Source: Malacoraja senta
Lineage: Eukaryota
Length of the DNA: 64,000 bases
Direction: 5' to 3'
NCBI GenBank assembly: GCA_038087875.1
Contig: CM075982.1
Coordinates: forward strand, 62,868,001-62,932,000
A program made the translations under genes and the position numbers. Position 1 is the stretch's first letter. Each line of letters opens with the position of its first letter. This document shows positions 11,901-22,720 of the stretch, piece by piece. The notes under the pieces are model-generated. The model worked only from the letters and a program-made list of their open reading frames with translations, was not told the DNA's origin and ran no database searches.

Positions 11901-13155
11901 CACCGCGGTCACACTGGGGCCGAAGCCACTTTGTCTCTCGCCAAGGCACAGTTCTATTGGCCGGATATGGCAAAGTACATCCGGGAGAGGGTCTCATCGT
12001 GTTCCACCTGCAACAGCCGCGCCCCCCATCAGCAGCGTCAGCCGCTTCTACAGCAGCCCGCGCCCGGACTGCCCTGGATGGCGCTCGCCACAGACATTTT
12101 CGAGTGGCGGGGCAAACATTTCCTGGTACTCGTTGACTTCTACTCCAGCTGGTTTGCGGTTGACCGGCTGCCTTCCGTGACCTCTTCGGCCGTCATCGAC
12201 AGGTTGGACCCTCACTTTAGCACATTTGGCCCCCCCGGCAAGCCTGCAGTCGGACAATGGCAGCCAGTTCACGAGCTCCGAGTTTAAAGCGTTCGCTTCC
12301 AGATGGAACTTTCGCCATTTCACAAGCAGCCCGGAGTACCCGCAAAGCAACGGTTTGGCCGAGCGCGCGGTCCGCAGTGCTAAGCACCTGTTGGAACAGT
12401 GTGGTGGCATTAACTCCGACTTCCACCTGGCCCTCCTCAGCCTTCGGAACATCTCTCGCGACCCTGCCATGGGTTCACCTGCTCAGCGGCTCCTGTCTCG
12501 CGCTACCAGGCTCCCACTCCCGGTGGCCCAGCGATCCCTCATACCCTCGGTCCTTCCACCTGCGGCGATTCAGAAACGGATTGCCTTCAGGCAAGACGTC
12601 CAAAAGCGGTCCCATGACAGGTCCTGCCACCCGCTGCCGCCCCTCTTCCCCGGTCAAGTAGTCCGTATGCAGACCACTCCCGGTCACTCCAAGCTCGCTA
12701 CTGTCGTCGGCTCTGCGGGGTCGCCCAGGTCCTATTTCGTCGACTACGCTGGGACCATTTACCGACGGTCTCGCCAGCACCTTCGGCTCGTCCACGAGCC
12801 GCGTCCTCCTCCCGCCGATCCCTTTGCTCCCCCGCTGCCTGTTTCCCGTCCGGCCGTTGCCCTGCCCGTGATTCCCTGCATGCCTCGCTCTGCTCCTCCT
12901 TCGCCCCCTCCGCTCCAACACACTCCGACTAGTCCTCGCACGCCTCCCCGCGCTCTCCCCGGTCCCGGCCCCGCATCCCCTCCGGTTTCGGTGCCTCGAT
13001 CTTTTCCGTTTCCTCCCGTTTCTCCCTTTCAGGTTCGTCTGTCCCCGCTGGTGCCTCTTCCTCCTCCAGGAAGGGTGGATGGCGAGACGCGAACCCGGGC
13101 GGGACGTCTGGTCAAACCGCCTGACCGCTATGGCGATGTTGCCTATCTATCCTAG
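8976..13155 (+). CDS. Gypsy gag-pol polyprotein (gag zinc knuckles, protease, RT, RNase H, integrase); single +1 frameshift at C7 run 12230-12236
   Basis: ATG at 8976. Two CCHC knuckles (CPNCNFTSHQFNVC, CNSCNKLNHFAAAC), protease IDTGA, RT LDAKSSFWQIPL/MPFG/IVDD, RNase H CDASQFGLGA, integrase HHCC and D..D(SDNG)..E(AERAV). The two ORFs join if one C is removed (FGPPASLQSDNG). Confidence 0.93.
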
Positions 13156-13215
13156 CGCATGAGCCGTGGTCGCCATGTCACCTTTGTATTTGCCTGTCGT
13201 TTCGGGGAGGAAGGA

Positions 13216-13418
13216 TGTAGATGAGATACGCATGTGCCTTTAACATAGTGACCTCACACCCACTAACCACTCCCCATATCACAAGTATAACTACAACCTC
13301 CACACCCACAGATCGCTCTCTAGTTCCTGTGACAGACCACGTACAGCTAGTGCAATGTATAATGTCCAGTATGAATAAAGATAGTAAAGTAACGATGTCT
13401 CGATATCAATCCTTTACA
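13216..13418 (+). repeat. 3' LTR (203 bp)
   Basis: Direct repeat of 8680-8882; AATAAA at 13374-13379. Confidence 0.96.
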
Positions 13419-13990
13419 AAAACTGCACACAATATTCTAGATGTGGTCTCACCATGTCCCTGTACAACTGCAGAAGGACCTCTTTACTCCTATACTCAAA
13501 TCCTCTCGTTATGAAGGCCAACATGCCATTAGCTTTCTTTACTGCCTGCTGTACCTGCATGTTTACTTTCAGTGACTGGTGTACAAGGTCACCCAGGTCT
13601 CGTTGCACTTCCCTTTTTCCTAATCTGACACCATTGAGATAATAATCTGCCTCCTTGTTCTTGCCGCCAAAGTGGATAACCTCACATTTATCTACATTAT
13701 ACTGCATCTGCCACGCATCTGCAAACTCACTCAACCTATCCAAGTCACCCTGCAACCTCCTAGCATCTTCATCGCAGTTCACACTGCCACCCAGCTTTGT
13801 GTCATCTGCAAATTTGCTAGTATTACTTTTAATCCCATCATCTAAATAATTAATATATATTGTAAATAGTTGTGACCCCAGCACCGAGCCTTGCGGCACT
13901 CCACTCGCCACGGCCTGCCATTCTGACAGGGACCCGTTTATACGTACTCTTTGTTTCCTGTCTGCCAACCAATTCTCTTTCCATGTCAAT

Positions 13991-14069
13991 GAATGATCAC
14001 AATGAATGGCGGTGCTGGCTCGAAGGGCCGAATGGCCTCCTCCTGCACCTATTTTCTATGTTTCTATGT
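13991..14069 (+). mobile_element. Very short CR1 3'-end insertion nested antisense in the host CR1
   Basis: GATCACAATGAATGGCGGTGCTGGCTCGAAGGGCCGAATGGCCTCCTCCTGCACCTATTTTCTATGTTTCTATGT interrupts host CCATGTCAAT|ACCCTACC; AAT is present on both sides. Confidence 0.75.
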
Positions 14070-15048
14070 AATACCCTACCCTCAATACCATGTGCTCTAA
14101 TTTTGCCCACTAATCTCCAGGTGTCTGGCGCTGTAAAGCAGCAACTCTACTGCTCTGTCACCGTGCCATCCCAAGTTGGGCTCTGCCATTTTGAAAGAAG
14201 ATATTCATGAAAACTTCCCTTCTTATTATTTGTGAAATTGTCCACCACTATTCACAACTATATATGGTTTGTTGGCAGTGGAATTCTTTGGCACAATTGA
14301 CAGTTTGCAATTTCCACTGTTTACCATGTATGTGCTGTTACTTCAAGTTGGCACAGAAACTCTGTAATGGACAGATGGTCTGCAACAGGTAGTTTTAATG
14401 AGGAGGTCAAGCAAGCATCTTCCTCTTTCTTGATTGTCCCATCGCCGGATCATCTGCCCTTGCAGATGGTCGTGGAGAAGTCTGGGTATTGGGAGAATAG
14501 TACGATTATGGTTTGGGTTTGGGTTTAGATTTATTATTGTCACGTGCATTGAGGTACTGTGAAAAGCTTTTGTTTTGAATGCTATCTAATCAGATCAGAT
14601 ACATAACTACAAGTCCACCACTAATTTTCCTCCTTTAATCTGGACCAAATCACGAGAGCACACTTGAATTCCCCCGCTGAAGTCACCGCAAAATGTGGTG
14701 CCTGGGCTGGGTGAGGCGGCCTATCTCGACCTCATCGGGACTTCCGCGCCATTCAGCAGGTCGAATTTGCCTCCCCCCCCCCCCCCCCCCCCGCTGTTCG
14801 GGAAGTTATCACATTTATTAAAAAATTACATATGATCACATATTTTCAAAATGTTAAGGTAAAATACAACTTAACTGTTGTTCAATTTAGGAGGATTTAT
14901 TTTCTCTTTTTGCCGTCATCCAAGAAAATGTTAATGATGATGTTTACATGCTTATATATAAATGAGATTGATTTATCTATCTTAATAAGTGTGAAATTAA
15001 AAAAAAAAAAACATGGCTCTCAGTTCTCTAAAGGAATGAATGAAATGA

Positions 15049-15153
<105 letters not shown>

Positions 15154-15962
15154 TAAGAATGTGGTTAAATATCTTCTGCTATATTACATTTTGTGTGGGT
15201 GTAGTTGTTTAACTTCAGGGCATGTTGAAGATTAGTTATAATTACCAAATCACTGGCAAAGTGCGATTTTATTGTACTAAATTCAATTTTTTGCATTGTG
15301 CTCTCTTGTGTGGGTAGAGTGGTGAAAAAGAAAACAATAAAATTATGGTAAATGAAGTCCCAAAGATATTTTTCTATTGTGGTGATTTTGAAGAATGGTC
15401 AGATGACATATATATAAAACGTTGTACATGGCTAGAGGCTATTGGTATAGGTAGACTAGCTTGCCAGGAGATCAACATTTGTTTTACTGTGCTACAATTA
15501 TGATCCATTAACTGGCAATTCACTTGAAGCTTTTGATTTTCTACTATTGCCACACAATGATATTTAACACTATGAAATGGAGCAAACAATTTGACTTTAT
15601 TTTCTCCACTTCCCCTTCTAAAACATTTTTTGGAATAGTTGTTTCATTCGAAAATATTGAAGCATTGTAGCTGATTCTAATCCTCTTCCAATATCACATG
15701 AGCTCTGACCACTTTGCTGAAAATCAACAGGCCACAGGAAAGGAATCGGAAAAAAGAAACCTGGCTCATTTTGCCTGGTTTTTTTTTCCAAGCACTCTCC
15801 TGCCTCAGAAATGCAGATCAAAATATTGAGCTTTCTATCCTGCATGGCTCAATGCAACATTAAATTTGCCCATTTAGGTAATACAATTATTTCCAGAGGT
15901 GATATATACCTCGGCATAGCTCTTTTATAGTTGCTGAGATGGCGTTTCTTGTTTTAGATTAG

Positions 15963-16169
<207 letters not shown>

Positions 16170-16949
16170 TGAAACGATTACTTTAAAATAATTACAAAAA
16201 ATAATCAAAAATCTGCAGTTGCCCATTACAAAATATCTTGCATAATTACAGAATTTACTTTTGAGTAATGCTTCGTGATTTAGAATTAATGTTTCGATTT
16301 ATGACTGTTGCACATGCTTCAAAAACCACAATAGTTGGTTTGCAGCGCTATCGTAGACAAGAATGTTTCCTTTTCCCCCAGGAATAATTAAATTGTAAGA
16401 TGACTATACAGCACTCATGTTAAGCTTGGTGGGAGGTGAGATAAAACAAAATTTAGATTTTTTTTTTGAAGAAAAGTAATTTCGGATGTATTCCTGTGAA
16501 ATAAAATTTGTCGGGTATTTCTATGAGGTTCAGGAAGGTGTTATTTAATTGAAGTATTTTAAATGATAAAAGAATTTAACAGGGTTAATTAGAAATATTA
16601 CTTCCTCTGGTATAATCTTAATCTTAATATTAGTTTTGGTATGATGGAGTCAAAGTAGAATTCACTTGGCTAACAGATTGTGATGAAACTTTGGAATATA
16701 TTCTGGAAAAATATATGGATGGTCAATTAAAAAATTTAAGGCTACAATCTCAAAATGTTTTATTATGTACATATATTAAGAGATATAGAGCATAGTTCAG
16801 TAAATAGACACTAACTGAATTATGGAGTTTATTAAGGAGCTAAATGGTACATGTTCCAGTTCAGTCCAGTTTAACAAGTTGTGAATAATCGTGAAATAAA
16901 TGTTGATGTCCTTATTCAAAAAATATTTTAATTTCCTATGGGAATGATT

Positions 16950-17990
16950 TAGGGGACATTATGTGTAAAGTACTGTGGTTCATACAGTATCAGGTGTGGA
17001 ATTGGAGGCAATTTTATTAGCATGGTTTGAGGATTGGTTAATGGACAGGGGGAGAAAAAGTAAGAATAAGCAGACAAACTTTGAAATGGCAGCCTGCAAT
17101 TACTGTCACACAGGAAATAAAGTGCTGAGACCTCTATTTTCAGTTTTAGATGAGTATAATAAATGGAACCCTGCCGATACAAAGCAAACTATGGGGAGAA
17201 TGAAAAGAGTTAGTAAACTAATAAAGACAAGTTAGGCATCTGGATAAGAATGTGGCAAATGGAATACACTGGGAAGAAATATCAACTTAAATTGTTGAGG
17301 AAAAATAGAAAAACATAATTTTAAAAGGTGACAATTCTGGAAATTGTTGTTTTTCAGAATGACGTGGGTGGTCGTGTTACACAAAGCACAAAGTTAACAA
17401 GTATAGAAATAATTTAAGAAATTATGTGCTACTTTTATCGTAAAAGAATTGGAGTATATATGTAAGGTAGTCTTACTGTGATAAAATGGTGCCTTATGAA
17501 GGCACAACTGGATTACTAGTTTTGATTTCCTTGCCCAAGGCGAAATGCTCTTATTTTCGATGAGGTGTAAATTTTATTCACACAACTAATTTTCTGGATT
17601 CAATCAGATGTAGAAAGAGGAGAGATTGAGTGCACTGGGCCTTTTTCTTTCTTTGAGTTAAAATGAATGAGTGATGACCTCAATGAAATTAGATTATCTG
17701 CCAAAACGCTTGTCAGAATCGATCAAGGAGTATGTTGTCCTTGTTGATGGAGCCAAAAGCCAAAGGCTTGGCCATTAGGACAGCGGTAAAGAGAAATGTT
17801 TCTTTAGAGTGTAGTTGATGGAAATTCTCCATCCCAGATGGCTATGTATTTGATTTCGATTACTATTTTCAAGCTAGGAACAAGTAGAGTTCTTGGAATC
17901 TGGGGATACATGATGATGGAATTAAGTGAAGATCCGCCAACATCTTATTAAAACGAAAAATGAAGTGTCAAATGTCCTACTGTTCCTTTT
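16950..17990 (+). mobile_element. Old, highly degenerate CR1 fragment
   Basis: Residual motifs ILLAWFEDWL, GGCAAATGGAATACA, GTAAGGTAGTCTTACT, CACAACTGGATTACT..TTTTG; no open frame. Confidence 0.45.
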
Positions 17991-18717
17991 TTCCATATTC
18001 TTGTATCCTAATTAAAAATGAATCCATGACTAATTTAGAGAGAGAACTTTCTATGATGACTTCTGTGACACTTGACATCTTACAATCTTGAAAATAATTA
18101 ATTCACAACTGAATAAAAAAACATAAGAATCTAAGACACACAGGCAGGAAGAGACTCTCTGGCCTCTGAAACTTTATCCTCTATTCACTAAGATTATGGT
18201 TAATTCTAAAATGTATTCCCATTCCTGTTCTATACCCATGCCTCTTTATTCATGTTGTGTCCAGAAATAGGAGTCTCAGTTTTGACTGAAACAAGCAAGC
18301 AATTACAGTTCAATACCTACATGGATATGATAATTAGTCATAGAGTCATGGAATGATACAGTGTGGAAACAGGCCCTTCGGCCCAACTTGCCCACACCGG
18401 CCAACATGTCCCAGCTATACTAGTTCCATCTGTCTGTGCTTGGTCCATATCACTCCAAACCTGTCCTATCCATGTACCTGTCTATCTGGTGAATTCTGAT
18501 GAATAGATTTCTCCTTAGTTCTAACCTGAAATACCCTAAGATTGTGATCTGTGTTCCTAAGGTCTTCAACATAAGGAGGCAGCCTCTCAGTATCAACCCT
18601 CTTTATAAATCCCTATTTTTTTTCTTACCATAGTCCCCTACCCCCACAATTTGTTGAATACCATTCCACACCAGAGTTTTCCTAGTATTTCACCCTGGAG
18701 GCCATGACTTATAATTC

Positions 18718-18845
18718 CGTCTGAAGAAGGGTCTCGACCCGAAACGTCACCCATTCTTTCTATCCAGAGATGCTGCCTGTCCTGCTGAGTTACTCCAACA
18801 TTTTGTGTCTATGGCGTAAATCAGCATCTGCAATTCCTTCTTACA
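18718..18845 (+). mobile_element. Penelope-derived short element with hammerhead core
   Basis: CTGAAGA-A-GGGTC-TC-GACCC-GAAAC-GTC at 18721-18748, followed by the same arm sequence (AGATGCTGCC...GCTGAGTTACTCC...CAGCATCTGCA). Confidence 0.7.
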
Positions 18846-20031
18846 CTTAATGTTTGTTTGAAGATTATTTCAATATATGGGATATCATATCTGCAATTGA
18901 TCCTGCCATGTCTTTGCACACATACATCAAGCTCATGTATGTTGATTGTATATTAAAATTTGTAAGCTTATTACATCGTCAGTCATTGTCATTTCATCGG
19001 GAATCATTTAATATAAATCGACAATAAAAATGTTAGCTACTTTGTACTTTCTCAAAGAAACAAAGCCAAATTGAAATTATTTTGGTGCTTCAAGTAAAGT
19101 TCAGCTCTTGCATCAACTAATATTTGAGCCCAAGATCTTTCTGGCCTCTTATGGCCTAGATACTTACTTTATAAACCTAGTGTGGTATTAGGAAGACATT
19201 TCCTTTATCTTCAAACCCAAATTTGAAATTTGATTCCAAAGACGTTGTGTTTAGTTTAATGTAGAGATACAGCATGGTCCACATCACCCACATGTTCACA
19301 CTAGTCCTACATTATCCCACTTTCTCACTCTCTCCCTGCACCCTAGGGGCAAATCACAGAGGCTAATTAACCTAATCATTTATTTATTCATTTATTTTAA
19401 ATCTATGTTTATGCCGATATTTTCAGTTCTTCAATGGAGCATAGGTTTAATAAAAGTAGTTGGAATATGTGGTTGGAAGTGTGCTATTGATCATTTTGAA
19501 ACAGTTACTTGGAAAGGACAACATAGGCAGTGTTTTTTAACAGCATGCATATTTTATTTGATATGTTCTAAATATGCATCTACATTTAACAACATTAAAG
19601 AAGGAAGATGGAGATACCTTAAAATTAATATCTTGCATCATGACAGCAGGTTTACAGTTCCTCTTATTTGAGTAAGAATTAGTTTTATTGAAACATAGTT
19701 CAATTTAGTAATGGGACAGAAAATACAGCCATTCTTATTTCTATATTACTGTGAATAACATTACAAATGATAAATTGATAACTAAAGCAGCATGGGTAAA
19801 AGAAATTGCTCAAAATTATGTTATCAAAGACCCAGATACATTAAAAACCTATTTCCATGAGTAAAATGGTGTGTAAAATTTATAGATAACATAATGCGAG
19901 TCCATTTCTTATTGCTGAAGGCATTCATATAAATAGAACATATGTCATGATAGTTGATCATGTCTTGATAGTTTCCTTTGCTTATTAATGCTCATGTTTA
20001 CATTCAACTAATACATTTCTCCCCCTCCTAA

Positions 20032-20145
<114 letters not shown>

Positions 20146-21285
20146 TCAAAGCTAAGAATTGCCACTGAAAATTTACATATCCAAAATTTTCATAAGAGAA
20201 GATTTATATTGTTTTTCTGCTGAACAACCTCATTGTAAATTCCAATTTGTGTACAAAACTGTGGCACACCGCAGTGAGTGAACAATTGTATAATATGAAA
20301 TAATTCATTCTAGTCTTTGAGTAAGACTGTCGTTAAATATTAATTTTGTTTGATCCATTTTGATGCTTATAGTTCTGCTGCCGTAAATCATATTGCTGAA
20401 ATGTTTTGTATTTTATAACTAATTAAGAATAGAGACATGGTCTTATTTTGACTTATCACTAATACGGTTTGCTGTTACAAATATTTATCTTTTGTCCCCA
20501 ATTAAAATAGAAGCATTTAGCTTATGTTGATACCTGATAAACACACTCTTCATATCAAATATGATTTAGTCAGGATTTCCTCTAACCGATACTAGTCATT
20601 ACTATGTTGTTTTGTTCTAAAAAAAATTGCACTTACAAATTCTAACATGATTAGCAATTTATTCCTACATTCTGAAAATCAATGTAATAATGCAGGACAT
20701 TCTGGGAGTTCTAAGAGTTTCTATCTAAATTAAGTTCCAGGTATTACATTTTTAGTTTTGGTCAGAAATTTCAATTTTGATTATGTTTTCTGGGTTTTTT
20801 ACACTTATGTCTATTAATCATTTGCCTATAATTATTCACTTTAACTATGTGTACTATCTTTACTCGAGGAATATATCCATCAATTGTCACAGATAAATTA
20901 AAATGTAATAATATCTATATAAGCATTCATGCAAATACAATTTATTTTATACCGTGAGAACCTGTTGGGGATAGATCTATTTGTTTCACTTTTGTGTCCA
21001 TTACCTCAGTAATTCTATCTGCTTGAATTTTGTATCTCTCTAGATCCTTTAATGTAATTTGGAGAATTTGCTCTGAAGGCTATCTCAATGTCACAATAAA
21101 ATTGGTAGAAGGAAGTATGGTGTGCGTTTGATTTGTTACTTCAGCCAGTAATTGATGACGTTCTAAGACTTGGCACATTCACTAACCAGGCCATTACCAA
21201 ACTCTTGCAGTGATGGGAATAATACATGTAAACCAGCATTCCTACTTTCTATGGTATCGCATTTAACAAACTTGTCTAAAATTGG

Positions 21286-21505
21286 GCAAAAACAAACTAC
21301 TGGAAGAACTCAGTGGGTCAGCCAGCACCTGTGAAGGAAAATGGACAGAAATCTTTTTGGGTTGGGACCCTTCTTCAGACTGAAGAAGATTCCTGACATG
21401 AAATACCATCTATCAATTTCCCAACATAAATGCTATATGGCCTGTTGAGTTCTTCCAATAGTTTTTTTGCATAAGATTCCAGCATCCGCAGCCTCTTGTG
21501 CCTTA
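21286..21505. mobile_element. Older palindromic Penelope-derived element; 14-bp TSD
   Basis: TSD TTGTCTAAAATTGG at 21272-21285 and 21506-21519. Centre CCCTTCTTCAG-A-CTGAAGAAG (head-to-head cores); degenerate arms. Confidence 0.65.
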
Positions 21506-22389
21506 TTGTCTAAAATTGGTATTGGTTTTACTTTCAAGCAGACGTGATTTGCTCTTGTTGGCTGATGTATGAATGGGGTCATAATTTCATTTTTATTAGT
21601 TAGTTCTTTCTTATAAATAGAATCCAGAAATCTTAACCTTACAACTTTGCATCATTTCAGGTTATCAGTGAAAATTGCAGAGGTACGTTTATAGCAGTCT
21701 CATTGAAAAAGTGCATTGCATTTTCATTTAATTGATCTGTGTTGTGCTTTAGAGTGCTACTTGTGTGCATCGTAACGTAAAGCCCTAATCAGTTTCATTT
21801 TTTGTTAAGATGGTGTAATTTTTTCGTATTGAGTGCTGTACTCCTTTTAGTTCTGTCTAAACAAAATGATTTTCTTTAAATAGATTCTTACACATTTGAC
21901 CAGATACTGATTAACTGTTGAAAATAACAATTTTGGGACCTGTTATAAGCATTTGATTGTGGTGAGTAAAAAAAAATAGCAGTTCACAAATACCAAACTC
22001 ATTAGGATTTTTGTGAAACAAGTTCCTGACAGGAGTTTATTTAGTATGGCTAATCTAAGTACTGTCTTTGAATTTTTTTTGAAATGTGAGGTTATATTTT
22101 TGTTCCTGTGGAATAAACAGATAATTATCACAAATCCAAGATTTGTTAGGTGCAATGGATTGTCATACCACATGTTGATTGAAATCTTTCCAGTAACCTT
22201 AATTTGAATATTTATGTAAAAGCAATGTTAGTTTGAGTTTTCATTTGTGGAAAATGTCATGAAATAATGAAATATTTGCATACAGTTATTTCCAAAGTAA
22301 TATATTACTAAATTAATAAAAAGACTGTTTTAGAACATTTTTATTCCAAAAATTCTGGATCTAAATGGGCATCACAATTAAAATCTTTA

Positions 22390-22720
22390 GAAAGCAGGAA
22401 CTTGCATTCATATATCAGCTTTTAAATCTTCTGTATGATCAGTTTTACAAACAAGGAATTATAGTGCATTATTATGAAAACTGAATTGATAGGCAATTTA
22501 TACACAAATGGAAGAATAAATAACTACCTCTAGGACAGAAAACACACTGCTATCTTTGGACTGTTATACATATGTCTGACCTAGCAGACAGGCCCTTGGT
22601 TTACAGTATCAGCTGAAGGGTAGCACTTCTTAAATTATCTTAAAACATCCATGTGGATTTGATGTTTAAATCCATAGTAGTACTAATGTCTGTAACCTTA
22701 TGACTCATGAGATTAACATG
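22390..22720 (-). mobile_element. Possible ancient Deu-SINE (SacSINE1/AmnSINE1-like) remnant
   Basis: AACTTGCATTCATATATCAGCTTTT, GGCCCTTGGTTTACAGTATCAGCTGAAGGGTAGCAC and AACCTTATGACTCATGAG resemble remembered Deu-SINE motifs; weak match. Confidence 0.35.

Larger units (their letters stand above)
8680..13418 (+). mobile_element. Full-length Gypsy/Ty3 LTR retrotransposon (Mag-like), 4739 bp, 5-bp TSD AAAAC
   Basis: 203-bp TG...CA LTRs at 8680-8882 and 13216-13418 with only 3 mismatches seen. TSD AAAAC at 8675-8679 and 13419-13423. PBS-like TGGTGTCA at 8883; PPT GGGGAGGAAGGA at 13204-13215. Confidence 0.97.
8139..14118 (-). mobile_element. CR1 LINE (HER1-like) 3' ~1.2 kb, split by Gypsy insertion (pieces 8139-8679 and 13419-14118)
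   Basis: Minus ORFs GVPQGSVLG..FADDTKLGG...VRPHLEYCVQF (13414-13989) continue as WSLNLRKDILAIEAVQRRFTR... (8424-8679). (TTCTATGT)n-type tail reversed at 8139. Confidence 0.92.

Noticed and set aside
12226-13155. Separate env-like or accessory ORF, or programmed frameshift
   Set aside because: It is the integrase core and C-terminus split by a 1-nt insertion in a C run; the position inside integrase does not fit a gag-pol recoding site.
8976-13155. Domesticated retrotransposon gene
   Set aside because: Near-identical LTRs, TSD, PBS and PPT show a recent ordinary insertion.
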